Shown: positions 36,425 to 45,533 of the stretch, piece after piece
Position numbering within the stretch: position 1 is the first letter of the stretch
Layout of the letters: every line of letters begins with the position of its first letter
Virus record (IMG/VR): IMGVR_UViG_3300042870_001966
Strand: one strand, 5' to 3'
DNA from: a virus
Lineage: Duplodnaviria; Heunggongvirae; Uroviricota; Caudoviricetes
DNA length: 64,000 nt
The notes under the pieces: model-generated
What the model was told of the DNA's origin: nothing
The model's input: only the letters and a program-made list of their open reading frames with translations
The model's database searches: none
Program-made: the position numbers and the translations under genes

Positions 36425-36435
36425 GGTATAATAAC
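36425..36435 (+). promoter_or_regulatory. GGTATAATAAC motif upstream of tRNA-Leu
   Basis: Same motif. Confidence 0.45.
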
Positions 36436-36464
36436 TTTATAACAAAACAAACGTTCTTTAAGTT

Positions 36465-36545
36465 GCCCTCTTGGCGGAATTGGTAGACGCGCTAGACTTA
36501 GGATCTAGTCTTAGGGTGAGAGTTCGAGTCTCTCAGAGGGTACCA
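36465..36545 (+). tRNA. tRNA-Leu(TAG)
   Basis: Class-II D-arm TGGCGGAATTGGTAGACGC. Loop CTTAGGA. Short (9 nt) variable region. CCA encoded. Confidence 0.6.
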
Positions 36546-36697
36546 AACACATATCACAAATAAAAATGTGAGTTACTTTGAAATAGCCAATTATAAGCCA
36601 ACATAAAGCCGTTGGGTACAGAAGGAGTAATTAACCGGAGTATAGGCAACAATTGTGACACTGTAACAAATACCCATTTGAGTGGTATGTTTTAAAT

Positions 36698-36818
36698 AGT
36701 CAGGTGGCGGAATTGGTAGACGCTATGTGGTGCGGAACTCGCTTCGTTCACCACTCCCTTAGCGGGGAAAACAAAGGTAAGAGATGTGACCATGCAGGTT
36801 CGAATCCTGTCCTGACTA
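36698..36818 (+). ncRNA. 121-nt tRNA-like RNA (Leu-like acceptor/D/T arms with about 45-nt extra internal sequence)
   Basis: Acceptor AGTCAGG/CCTGACT. D-arm identical to the tRNA-Leu at 36465. T-arm GCAGG-TTCGAAT-CCTGT. Internal hairpins GTGGT..ACCAC and GAAC-TCGCTTC-GTTC. Confidence 0.4.
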
Positions 36819-36984
36819 CGATTGTTAACACGCTTGCTTCGTGTTGAAATTGTCAGATAACGTGCAACGATAGTTTAAAGACTGTAGAAAAAGAAACACT
36901 GACTGGAAGGATTCTTATGGACGCATAAGAAGTAAAAGTCCACAACTAAACCTACTTACAATTGGCAAGGTAAATTGAATTAAG

Positions 36985-37012
36985 GCGATCGATCTAACGG
37001 TCGCCTTTTTTA
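36985..37012 (+). terminator. rho-independent terminator
   Basis: GGCGAtcgatctaacggTCGCC followed by TTTTTT. Confidence 0.55.
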
Positions 37013-37025
37013 GTATATTAGACTT

Positions 37026-37769
37026 ATGAAAGTACTACACAAACAGGAGAATTCAAAGCTTATTAATTATGAGTTGTATGAAATCGCTCCAAAGATTTAT
37101 GCAGTCTTGGCAAAGGACTCTTTTGAGAGAGCGATGCTCTTTCTTAGAGCACAAGAGTATTATGAATCCCCTTTTCCTGAATTTAGAGGACAGGACTTTG
37201 ATATTTTTGTCTACATGAATCGTTACCGAAAAGAGAGATCAGCTAACTATTTTAGTTACACAGCGGACTGGAGCGGATACAATGTTCCTAGCGAATCTCT
37301 TGAAGCCTGTATGCGAGGAGTTTATCAGTATCATACTGACATAACTTCGTACGATCATGAAATGACAGAGGTTGTGTCTATTATTAGACAGTACCAGAAA
37401 AAAGGTAAGTTCTATCTACTTGGAGTCGATTCATTGGAATCAAGAGTAATGGATCATGAATTTGCTCACGGGCTATTCTATACAAATAAGGCGTATAAAA
37501 CCGAGATGATGGAGTTAGTATTATCTTTAAAGCGAGATCTATACGAACAGCTTGAAAGCTACTTGATTCAAATCGGCTACACAAGCCACGTAATCGCGGA
37601 TGAGATTCAGGCTTATATGGCGACAGGATTAACGGCAACGATGGCAAAGACCAGAGGCTCAGTTACGGCAGCTAAGAAATTCGAAAAGATATTTAAGAAA
37701 TACAAGAAACAATATGGCAAACACGATAATATCAATAACCCTAAACGACAAGCAGCAGAAAAAGTTTGA
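37026..37769 (+). CDS. hypothetical protein with HExxH motif
   Basis: HEFAH. Confidence 0.45.
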   Translation: MKVLHKQENSKLINYELYEIAPKIYAVLAKDSFERAMLFLRAQEYYESPFPEFRGQDFDIFVYMNRYRKERSANYFSYTADWSGYNVPSESLEACMRGVYQYHTDITSYDHEMTEVVSIIRQYQKKGKFYLLGVDSLESRVMDHEFAHGLFYTNKAYKTEMMELVLSLKRDLYEQLESYLIQIGYTSHVIADEIQAYMATGLTATMAKTRGSVTAAKKFEKIFKKYKKQYGKHDNINNPKRQAAEKV

Positions 37770-37903
37770 TGCTTGGGGTAAGCACCTAAAAGCCCTGTTT
37801 GGCGAATGGGGAAACTTAACCTGGACAGTATCATCATGTGGAATCGGAGACACAATCACTGTCACTAGCAGCAATGCACCAAAACATCCATTAGACTTAA
37901 CTG

Positions 37904-38212
37904 ATGTCGGTAGCTGGTAAGGAACGTTGCGACTGCGGAAAGATCGCAACTTGGTGTTACGGGCCAGGTTATAGAGATGGAGGTAATCCAAATTCATGTG
38001 ATGATTGTGTCTCTCGTGGATGTGATTGTAATCACAATTACGTTAGTGTAAACTCGTATCATCCACCACTAGACTCACCTAATTTACCGGAAGGCGAAGA
38101 GGGAGTTGACTGGAAGTGGATTAAAGCTGATAAAGTTTGGTGCTGGATTGATGAGCGCGGTAGAGAATATCCATGCTGTGAGTACGACTACATAATAGGA
38201 TCAGAAGATTAA
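37904..38212 (+). CDS. Cys-rich hypothetical protein
   Basis: Multiple CxC/CxxC pairs. Confidence 0.4.
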   Translation: MSVAGKERCDCGKIATWCYGPGYRDGGNPNSCDDCVSRGCDCNHNYVSVNSYHPPLDSPNLPEGEEGVDWKWIKADKVWCWIDERGREYPCCEYDYIIGSED

Positions 38213-38223
38213 TTAAACGAAAT

Positions 38224-38604
38224 ATGAGAATAGCAGTAATTGCACACGATAATAAAAAGGCGGACATGGTGGCATTCATCATGAAGCGTCTTGATTTTTT
38301 TAAGCAGCACGAGGTTGTTGCAACTGGTACGACCGGTACTCACATTGAGCATGCAGGTCTTGAGGTCGACCGAATGAAGTCTGGACCGCAAGGCGGAGAC
38401 GCTCAGATCGCAGCAGAGTTAGTCAACGGTAAAATAGATGGAGTTATCTTCTTTATTGATCCATTAACTGCACATCCGCATGAAGTTGACGTTCAAATGT
38501 TACTTAGATTGTGTAATGTGTATAATATTCCTATTGCAACGAACTATTCGACTGCAAGCTTGTTGATACAGGCAGTTTCTTCTAAAAATAACAACGATAA
38601 ATGA
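38224..38604 (+). CDS. mgsA: methylglyoxal synthase
   Basis: IALVAHD..K, ATGTTG, SGPxGGDxQ, IDxxIFFxDPL..PHxxDV..LLRL...IPxATN align along the whole MgsA length. Confidence 0.8.
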   Translation: MRIAVIAHDNKKADMVAFIMKRLDFFKQHEVVATGTTGTHIEHAGLEVDRMKSGPQGGDAQIAAELVNGKIDGVIFFIDPLTAHPHEVDVQMLLRLCNVYNIPIATNYSTASLLIQAVSSKNNNDK

Positions 38605-40337
38605 GTAAACTCACACGGGACTTTGAAGAGTTCATAAAAGGTAAACATCCGAGCATTGAGTTTAGACCTCAGCAAAAAGAAGCGATAATCGATATTATTT
38701 CAGCATACGAAGAAGACCATAATGGAATTTATCTACTTGATGCGCCGACTGGATCAGGCAAGTCAGTTATCGCAATGTTATTTGCTGATTTTCTTGCATT
38801 TAAGGGAAATCGCGGCTATATCTTAGCATCTGACCTCTCTCTTCATGAACAATACGTCAAAGATTTTAAAAAGTTGCAGGTATGGAATTGGGGTAATATA
38901 AAAGGTGTTGATAACTACCGATGCGTTGTGAACGACGAGAAATTTTCAGTCGGTGAGTGCAAGAGTAAAGGAACCTCTTATGAAAAGGCTGAATCTCTTC
39001 CGTGTTTCAAACAATGTGGCTACTTGACCTCAAGAAAAAAGGCAATCAAGTCGCCAGTCTCTCTGTTAACCTATCCATACGCCCTGATTCAACGAAATTA
39101 CGTTGAGCAAAATCAGCAAGGCAACGGTAAGGGCTCCCCATTTCCACAAAGAGATTTTGTAGTATGCGATGAGGCCCATAAGCTACTTGATATTGTACAG
39201 AGCCATTTCAGTCCAATCGTTTCGCATGAAATTGTTAAAAAGACTGAGAGCTTAATTGAAAGCACCGGCGATATTGGCCAAAAGATACCACAAGTGGACA
39301 CTGAACGATTAGCAAAAGTGATTGATATGATTTACGAACAGGAGGATCATGGCAACTTGCTTAAATTACTTAAGGAGGTTACTAGACTCTTGAGCATTGC
39401 AGTTCAGGCAACCTCTTCGCTTAGAGAAAATGCATCAATTGAATTTTTAGAGGGCAGCATTCCATCCGAATGGTTGGCTGTCTTTGGCATGGCGGACTGG
39501 TGTAAGGACGTTCACTGTAAACTAGAAGACTATTGTAAAATCATTGAACAAGTAGGTCTTGAGAAGCTCGTAAAGAATCCTGGCGAAAAGTCAATCACAT
39601 TCAACTGTATCGATGAGTACTACCTATTACAGAAACACTTCTTTACGAAATTTGGATTCAAGTTACTGATGACTGCTACAATGGGCAGTCCCAGCGATTT
39701 CATGAGAAATCACGGAATCAAGAAGGCTAAGTACTTTAAGATTGAAAGTCATTTCAATTGGGAGAAGTCACCTATCATTTTCTATCCAGGTAAAAAAATG
39801 TCAACCAGATTCCTACAAGAGAATCTACAATGGGCAATTGATTCAGTAACCAGAATAGTCAGGGAGAACTCTGAGCACTCCGGAATCATTCATTCAGGTT
39901 CTTATGAATTGAATACTAAGATCTGGACAGGTCTTCCCAAAGATGTTAAGAAACGCATTGTTCTCTATAAAGGATCTGAAGAGAAAGAGATCGCGCTAAA
40001 GATAATGAAGAAGAAGAAGGCAATGGTACTGATGGGTCCATCTATTCTTGAAGGCTTGAACATGGTTGACGACCAGAGTAGATTCCAAATCTTCTTAAAG
40101 GTTCCGTACCCTCATCTCGGCGACAAGTACGTTGCTGCTAAATTGGAATACAGCCAGCAATGGTACAATTGGAAGACCTCAATCGCTGTCCTGCAAGGAG
40201 TAGGCCGCTCAATACGTACACCTGAGGATTGGGCGGTGACTCATCTACTTGATGGATGTTTCGCAGACCTAATGAAATCCGCAGGTGATCAATTCCCACC
40301 TGACTTCAAAGCGAGATTGCGAATAGAGTATAAATAA
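38601..40337 (+). CDS. Rad3/DinG-like DNA helicase with Fe-S cluster
   Basis: Walker A APTGSGKS, DEAH-like VCDEAH, four-Cys cluster. Confidence 0.7.
   Translation: MSKLTRDFEEFIKGKHPSIEFRPQQKEAIIDIISAYEEDHNGIYLLDAPTGSGKSVIAMLFADFLAFKGNRGYILASDLSLHEQYVKDFKKLQVWNWGNIKGVDNYRCVVNDEKFSVGECKSKGTSYEKAESLPCFKQCGYLTSRKKAIKSPVSLLTYPYALIQRNYVEQNQQGNGKGSPFPQRDFVVCDEAHKLLDIVQSHFSPIVSHEIVKKTESLIESTGDIGQKIPQVDTERLAKVIDMIYEQEDHGNLLKLLKEVTRLLSIAVQATSSLRENASIEFLEGSIPSEWLAVFGMADWCKDVHCKLEDYCKIIEQVGLEKLVKNPGEKSITFNCIDEYYLLQKHFFTKFGFKLLMTATMGSPSDFMRNHGIKKAKYFKIESHFNWEKSPIIFYPGKKMSTRFLQENLQWAIDSVTRIVRENSEHSGIIHSGSYELNTKIWTGLPKDVKKRIVLYKGSEEKEIALKIMKKKKAMVLMGPSILEGLNMVDDQSRFQIFLKVPYPHLGDKYVAAKLEYSQQWYNWKTSIAVLQGVGRSIRTPEDWAVTHLLDGCFADLMKSAGDQFPPDFKARLRIEYK
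40329..40336 (+). promoter_or_regulatory. T4 late-promoter-like TATAAATA
   Basis: Exact TATAAATA 5 nt upstream of the ATG at 40342. Confidence 0.45.
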
Positions 40338-40341
40338 CTCT

Positions 40342-40926
40342 ATGAAACACCTTAAACTATACGAAGAATTTGATCTTGACAGATTCCTAGACAATCCAGA
40401 AAAGGAATTAGCTGATGACAATTCACCAGAGATCAATGTAGGAAATTACGTTGACTCATACCGAGGTAAAGGCCAAGTGCTTGATATCGATAGCGATTTT
40501 GCAAAAGTTGAATTACATAACTCAAAAGGCAATATTGTTAAAGTTCCAGTTTTTGCTCTAACTAAAATATCTCACGAAGACCTAACTTCAGCCAAGGTCG
40601 GAGATTCTCAAGCTGAACTTGCGGAGCTAGTGAGTCAGGCCAGACAGTACAATGATTACCTTGACTCAACTGAAGATTATGATAACGAAGATGAAGAGGA
40701 TGGAGTTTACTCAGCAAGTCAGGTAAATTTCGATACCCTACTAGCATATATTCAAGATACAACGATCGATGTTATCTCTATTAAAAATAACGATAGTGCA
40801 TACGATACCTATTCAGAATATCACGAACTGATTAATTTAGTCGGCTCAATCGCTGGAGCAATTCAGAGAGCAAGACCGGACTTAATGGATGAAGTTGATG
40901 CAGCACTAGACAATTTCCCAGGATAA
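40342..40926 (+). CDS. acidic hypothetical protein
   Basis: TATAAATA lies immediately upstream. Weak CTS-like N-terminus LKLYEEFD. Confidence 0.5.
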   Translation: MKHLKLYEEFDLDRFLDNPEKELADDNSPEINVGNYVDSYRGKGQVLDIDSDFAKVELHNSKGNIVKVPVFALTKISHEDLTSAKVGDSQAELAELVSQARQYNDYLDSTEDYDNEDEEDGVYSASQVNFDTLLAYIQDTTIDVISIKNNDSAYDTYSEYHELINLVGSIAGAIQRARPDLMDEVDAALDNFPG

Positions 40927-42257
40927 TGAGACTTAAACGATTTACACAATTCGTTAATGAAAATACTGATGATGCTGAAGAATTAGCAGCATTAGGTTTT
41001 AATTCAAAGATTGACACGGATGAAATTCAAGGATTAATGGCCGAATACAACCCAGAGGAGAAGACCGACACGACATTAGGTTTCGATTTGGGATTTGATA
41101 TGACAGCTGATGATTTAGGACTTGATCCAGAAAGAGCAGAGGCTGCTGAATTAGATAGCGTGTTCCTTGTTCAGTACTATGTTGATTTCGACTTTGAGAC
41201 AATGAAATCTAAAGTACAAGTGGCAGTCTTAAATTCTGGGATTGATTTTGACGGTGCAGGTAATGCGTATGAAGTTGATTTTAAACTGGATTCAGAAAAT
41301 CACGATTCTCAAGGAATCGCTGATGAGTTAACTCAGATTTTGCAGCGAATTGAATACGAAGGCATGTTTGTAGACATGGCAGTCGATATAGTAAATGACA
41401 TAATCGATAGACGTCTTGGAGAAGTATCAGAAAAGAAGAAACTTAAATGGCATGATTCTGATGAGCCTAACACAAAAGGAAAATTCATAATTGAGAACTT
41501 ATCTGATGAAGAAGCTGCAGAACTAAGAGCAATGGGTTTTGGTGGAGTTGACACTGATGCAATCGCAGAACTAGTCAATGGAGCAACTGCAGAAGATCAA
41601 ATCGTTATTGTTTCAGGCCAGTTCAATCAATCTATAGATGATTACGGAATAGATTCATCCGAATATCCGGATATAGAAAGAGACGTATGGACTGATTTTG
41701 AAGTCAGAATAAACTTTATCGATGAAACTGTTAAGTCGTCAGTTAGTGTCGCACAAAAAGATATCGGACTTTACGAAGATGCTGAACTTGAAGACTATGA
41801 ATGGTCTGACCTATTCCAAAATGGAGATCCAGTTTCAATGAAGTCTAATGAGATAGCTGAAGATATTGAACTCTTTATGAGTGCCGTAACTGGTTTCGAA
41901 GACTCGCTTGGAATGTACGACAAAATTCAAGATCTTTTAAATAAGGCAATTGAGGAACAGTATCACAGATGGGATGACGAAGAAGATGATGAAGCTGATG
42001 AAGATGAAATTTCAGAAAAGAAAAAACTTAAATGGCACGATTCTGATGCACCTGATGCAAATGGAAAATTCAGAGACCTTGGAGTTAATAAATTAGCGGA
42101 TTGGTTAATCAGAACAAGAGGTGGTAACATGCAAAAGATTACTGGATCGCTAAATCAACAAATTAATTTTAACAAGCGAAAAAATCCAAGTTATGCCAAG
42201 AAAATGGAGTCGACTCGGGAAGCAGTTAAAAGAAAATTAGCAAAAAGAAAAGAATAA
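40926..42257 (+). CDS. acidic protein with CTS-like N-terminus (MRLKRFTQFVNE) and internal duplication
   Basis: EKKKLKWHDSD(E/A)P..GKF occurs twice. Confidence 0.55.
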   Translation: MRLKRFTQFVNENTDDAEELAALGFNSKIDTDEIQGLMAEYNPEEKTDTTLGFDLGFDMTADDLGLDPERAEAAELDSVFLVQYYVDFDFETMKSKVQVAVLNSGIDFDGAGNAYEVDFKLDSENHDSQGIADELTQILQRIEYEGMFVDMAVDIVNDIIDRRLGEVSEKKKLKWHDSDEPNTKGKFIIENLSDEEAAELRAMGFGGVDTDAIAELVNGATAEDQIVIVSGQFNQSIDDYGIDSSEYPDIERDVWTDFEVRINFIDETVKSSVSVAQKDIGLYEDAELEDYEWSDLFQNGDPVSMKSNEIAEDIELFMSAVTGFEDSLGMYDKIQDLLNKAIEEQYHRWDDEEDDEADEDEISEKKKLKWHDSDAPDANGKFRDLGVNKLADWLIRTRGGNMQKITGSLNQQINFNKRKNPSYAKKMESTREAVKRKLAKRKE

Positions 42258-42393
42258 ATAAAACCAATTAGAAATATTGTAGTATATTATTAACATGAAA
42301 ACATTATCCTTACATTCACTTTGTTTACGTTCGTTGAGATTAAGTCTCGATGTGTCTAGGCCGTGATGTAAGATAAGAAAACTTCTACTGAAA

Positions 42394-42427
42394 AGGCTTA
42401 GACTAACGTTTAAGCCTTTTTTGTTTT
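42394..42427 (+). terminator. rho-independent terminator preceding tRNA cluster
   Basis: GGCTTAgactaacgttTAAGCC followed by a T-run. Confidence 0.6.
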
Positions 42428-42428
42428 T

Positions 42429-42498
42429 GGTCAGTTTGGTCGTGGAGGCCGTCAGGTCTGCAAAATCTGAGGAGTTGGTTCGATTCCAACATTGACCT
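42429..42498 (+). tRNA. tRNA-Cys(GCA)
   Basis: Loop CTGCAAA. Confidence 0.65.
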
Positions 42499-42506
42499 CA
42501 AAAACT

Positions 42507-42590
42507 GGAAGAGTAATTCAGCTGGCGCTGGACCTAGTCTTGAAAACTAGTGGTACCTTCGGGTATGGGGATCGATACCTCACTCTTCCG
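42507..42590 (+). tRNA. tRNA-Ser(TGA)-like, type II, non-canonical T-loop ATCGATA
   Basis: 8-bp acceptor. Anticodon arm CTAGT-CTTGAAA-ACTAG. Variable-arm hairpin with TTCG loop. Confidence 0.5.
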
Positions 42591-42605
42591 CTCGTTCTTT
42601 TACAT

Positions 42606-42683
42606 GGTAGACGTAGCTCAGTTGGTTAGAGCGCCTGATTGTGGTTCAGGAGGTCGTCGGTTCGATCCCGATCGTTTACCCCA
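42606..42683 (+). tRNA. tRNA-His(GTG) with encoded G-1
   Basis: Loop TTGTGGT. G-1 pairs with C73. CCA encoded. Confidence 0.75.
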
Positions 42684-42686
42684 ACT

Positions 42687-42762
42687 GCCTCTGTGGGTAA
42701 ACTGGTAAAGCCGCTTGACTTAGGATCAAGAGATTTTGTGGGTTCGAATCCCACCAGAGGTA
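42687..42762 (+). tRNA. tRNA-Leu(TAG)-like, type-I length (7-nt variable region)
   Basis: Anticodon arm CTTGA-CTTAGGA-TCAAG; T-arm GTGGG-TTCGAAT-CCCAC. Confidence 0.55.
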
Positions 42763-42769
42763 CAAAAAT

Positions 42770-42850
42770 GCTCCCGTGGTGAAACTGGTAAACACGCTCG
42801 GCTTAAGATCGAGTGCGCAATGCTTGTGGGTTCGAGTCCCACCGGGAGTA
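42770..42850 (+). tRNA. tRNA-Leu(TAA), type II
   Basis: Loop CTTAAGA; 12-nt variable region. Confidence 0.7.
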
Positions 42851-42855
42851 CTAAT

Positions 42856-42943
42856 GGAGAGTGAAGCAACAAGGTGTTGTCGCCGCCTGCTAAGCGAGCG
42901 GTTCCCGAAAGGGAATGGGGATCGAGACCTCCACTCTCCGCCA
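42856..42943 (+). tRNA. tRNA-Ser(GCT)-like, type II, non-canonical T-loop ATCGAGA
   Basis: Acceptor GGAGAGT/ACTCTCC plus CCA. Bulged anticodon stem, loop CTGCTAA. Variable-arm hairpin TTCCC-GAAA-GGGAA. Confidence 0.5.
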
Positions 42944-42944
42944 T

Positions 42945-43018
42945 AGTCCAGTAGCTCAGTGGAATAGAGCAACCGCCTTCTAAGCGGTAGGTCGCAGGTT
43001 CGAGTCCTGCCTGGATTA
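42945..43018 (+). tRNA. tRNA-Arg(TCT)
   Basis: Loop CTTCTAA. Confidence 0.75.
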
Positions 43019-43042
43019 CAAATTATTTAGTACAATATAGCT

Positions 43043-43273
43043 ATGGAAGAAATAACAAACGCAGAAAGAGAATTCATGTTCTATAAGATTGGAACAGCTG
43101 GATCGTTTCACACAGCCTTGATTCAGACAATTATGAAGGCTGATATTCGTAATCAGGCTAAGCTTGCACTAGGTTTTCCCGAAGATGTTCAAGTGGTTCA
43201 ACGTTTTCAAAACGAAAGTGGCTACTGGGAAGGTCTGCAAGAGCGCTGGAAAGCTGCACATAACCGAAACTAA
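43043..43273 (+). CDS. hypothetical protein
   Basis: ORF between tRNAs. Confidence 0.4.
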   Translation: MEEITNAEREFMFYKIGTAGSFHTALIQTIMKADIRNQAKLALGFPEDVQVVQRFQNESGYWEGLQERWKAAHNRN

Positions 43274-43282
43274 TTAGTACCT

Positions 43283-43355
43283 GCCCCGGTAGTTCAATGG
43301 ATCAGAACACACGGCTACGGACCGTGAGATGGGGGTTCGAATCCCTCCTGGGGTA
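43283..43355 (+). tRNA. tRNA-Arg(ACG)
   Basis: Loop CTACGGA. Confidence 0.7.
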
Positions 43356-43370
43356 CTTAACTTAATCAAC

Positions 43371-43583
43371 ATGGCAAATTTAAAAAAGGGTAATATCATA
43401 GTCTTTTCTAGAAAGGACAAACCTAATGAAACTATAATTAAGGGCTCAAGCGATCCAATTAATGGAATGGTCACTACCGACAAGCAGGAATACTCAGTAG
43501 ATTTCCTTAATCGATGGGTCCATTTTGGTTTCTGTAGAGTATTTAAACCTGCAGATCTGCCTTCAGAATACGTAGGGAAGTAG
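43371..43583 (+). CDS. small hypothetical protein
   Basis: Internal ATG chosen because the ORF track start overlaps tRNA-Arg. Confidence 0.3.
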   Translation: MANLKKGNIIVFSRKDKPNETIIKGSSDPINGMVTTDKQEYSVDFLNRWVHFGFCRVFKPADLPSEYVGK

Positions 43584-43591
43584 TCGAGTCG

Positions 43592-43599
43592 TATAAATA
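43592..43599 (+). promoter_or_regulatory. T4 late-promoter-like TATAAATA
   Basis: Exact TATAAATA 24 nt upstream of the CTS-family gene at 43623. Confidence 0.45.
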
Positions 43600-43622
43600 A
43601 ACTTCAAATAGAATGATTAATT

Positions 43623-44519
43623 TTGAAGTTACTTAAATTTACACAATTCATAACTGAAGCCCGAATCTCTTCTCACGGAGAGGGTCGTATAGATCAACGA
43701 ATCTATAATCTAGAGTCAATTAACTTACCTAAGCCAGCGAGACAATTTATTCGAGAAGCTGGATTTGAAATAAACGAAGTCTACTCTCAACTCATTGATG
43801 CTATTAAATCTGAATTTAAAAAGAGCCAAGACCATATTGAGAGAACTCAATTTCCATCAGGCCATAAAGCCCTACCAGTAGTTGCACCATTCTTAAAGAT
43901 AGAGGGTACCTCTTATCCAGTAACAATGTCTGTAAAATCATTTAGTGGAGAGATTGAAAAAATTCACATCGGCGAGCGAGTTTTCGCCTATATTTCAGAT
44001 GATGTTCTTACAACAATCAAGGTGCTCCCTCACAGAATGTCTCATAAAGATATTCAAATGGATTTGGAAAATCATCTTTCTAGAAAGGGTAAAACTGGAT
44101 CAGTTACCGTATATGAATTACCAGAAGAGACAGTAAATAGCGTATTTGAACTTACAGAAGACGGTCAAGTAATCCCAGAAAGAAGAGCTGCCTATACTCC
44201 AGCAGTTATTAGCGGAGAACAACAATACTCAGTCGCAGCTGGTAGAAAAATTAAGGTGTTTATTCCATTCCTAAAAGAGTTCACTGAATGCACAATTGAT
44301 GGTGTCCTAAACCGTGATTCTTTTAGAGAAGACCGATTCTTGAAATTGGGAATTATTTTACCGGATGGCAGAAAGATTGCCAAAACTCTAAATCCTGGAG
44401 ATACAGTCGAGCTCCCAATTGGAGAAAATGGGGACTGGGTAAAGACAAAAATCGCAGATTCACTTTACGTATACGATAAGAGAACTGCTGAACCTATTTC
44501 ACTTAAAGCAATCGCTTAA
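43623..44519 (+). CDS. protein with CTS-like N-terminus (TTG start; MKLLKFTQFITE)
   Basis: TATAAATA lies 24 nt upstream. Confidence 0.5.
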   Translation: MKLLKFTQFITEARISSHGEGRIDQRIYNLESINLPKPARQFIREAGFEINEVYSQLIDAIKSEFKKSQDHIERTQFPSGHKALPVVAPFLKIEGTSYPVTMSVKSFSGEIEKIHIGERVFAYISDDVLTTIKVLPHRMSHKDIQMDLENHLSRKGKTGSVTVYELPEETVNSVFELTEDGQVIPERRAAYTPAVISGEQQYSVAAGRKIKVFIPFLKEFTECTIDGVLNRDSFREDRFLKLGIILPDGRKIAKTLNPGDTVELPIGENGDWVKTKIADSLYVYDKRTAEPISLKAIA

Positions 44520-44658
44520 TCTTCTCGAGAAACTTTCTAAATTTTCTGAGTTAAATATTACTGGAACATAGAGCCTCGCTCTGTTCGTCTAGGGTTTACG
44601 AGCCCTTGAGTAATCGCGAAAGGTTACAAATAGATGAGCAAAAAATAACATAACTACT

Positions 44659-45465
44659 ATGTACCAACAAACAATCACAACTGGTGGTTCAACTGCAGTA
44701 TTTAATACTTTCAGCAGCCAACCCCAACCTACTGCCCACATAACAAAGGGCAGGGGAAGACTAAAGACCTACGGTCAGTCAGTCTATCTAAAAGACAGTT
44801 CACATTTTGAAATTGAACTGCACAATCCAAAAACAACACCAGTTCTTGCAAAAATCTGGATAAATGGGAAACTGTTATCGAATGCAGGAATTATCGTGAA
44901 ACCAGGCCAGAGAGTCTATCTTGAAAGATTTATGGATGTTGCTAAAAAATTCAAGTTTGAAACTTACGACGTTGATACGTCAACTGGAACTGTTCGAGCA
45001 ATCGCCGATAACGGCAAGGTCGAAGTACAGTTCTATGATGAATCGTCTTATCAGCTAAACGGCAATTCAGGTACGAATATTTGGCAACAGCCATTTACGT
45101 ACACGACTCACCAGTGGCCAGGTCATACGCTAACTTCTAATATTGGAGGTTCAGCTAATGCATTTTACTGCGCAAGTTCGCTAGGTCCACAAGGTTCAAA
45201 CGGCCCTCAAGGTCCAGCCGGAATACCGGGGTCGATGGAAACGGGTCGAATTGAAAAGGGCGAAAGCTCTAGTCAAAACTTCGAATATGCAGACGGCCAA
45301 TACAATTCATGGAGCTGTACAACCGTCAGGTGGCAGATTCTACCGGAAAGTAAAAAACCTGTTGAAATGGGAGAAATTCGCTCTTATTGCACAGGTTGCG
45401 GTACTCGCCACAAAAAATCAAGTTGGAAATTCTGCCCTAATTGCGGAACCTCCATAACTGAGTAA
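44659..45465 (+). CDS. protein with short collagen-like GPQG repeats and C-terminal zinc ribbon
   Basis: GPQGSNGPQGPAGIPG; CTGCG...CPNCG. Confidence 0.5.
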   Translation: MYQQTITTGGSTAVFNTFSSQPQPTAHITKGRGRLKTYGQSVYLKDSSHFEIELHNPKTTPVLAKIWINGKLLSNAGIIVKPGQRVYLERFMDVAKKFKFETYDVDTSTGTVRAIADNGKVEVQFYDESSYQLNGNSGTNIWQQPFTYTTHQWPGHTLTSNIGGSANAFYCASSLGPQGSNGPQGPAGIPGSMETGRIEKGESSSQNFEYADGQYNSWSCTTVRWQILPESKKPVEMGEIRSYCTGCGTRHKKSSWKFCPNCGTSITE

Positions 45466-45533
45466 CATTAGTCCTGAGCGGGGCTCTAAATGTTCCAGTT
45501 ATACAGATAAATAAACTCAAATTATTCAAACAA

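Noticed and set aside
37384-37997. ORFs 37384..37647(-), 37613..37855(-), 37659..37997(-) and 37714..37920(+)
   Set aside because: They are antisense to or overlapping 37026..37769 and 37904..38212 with no supporting features. 37714..37920 is kept only as a very low-confidence possibility and is not listed as a feature.
42676-43483. ORFs 42676..42972(-), 42726..42944(-) and 43274..43483(-)
   Set aside because: They overlap tRNA-His, Leu, Ser-like and Arg genes and are translation artefacts. 43329..43583 was trimmed to the internal ATG at 43371 for the same reason.
44520-44640. Possible tRNA near 44560-44640
   Set aside because: No acceptor/T-arm combination could be folded. Only a short AGAGC..GCTCT hairpin is present.
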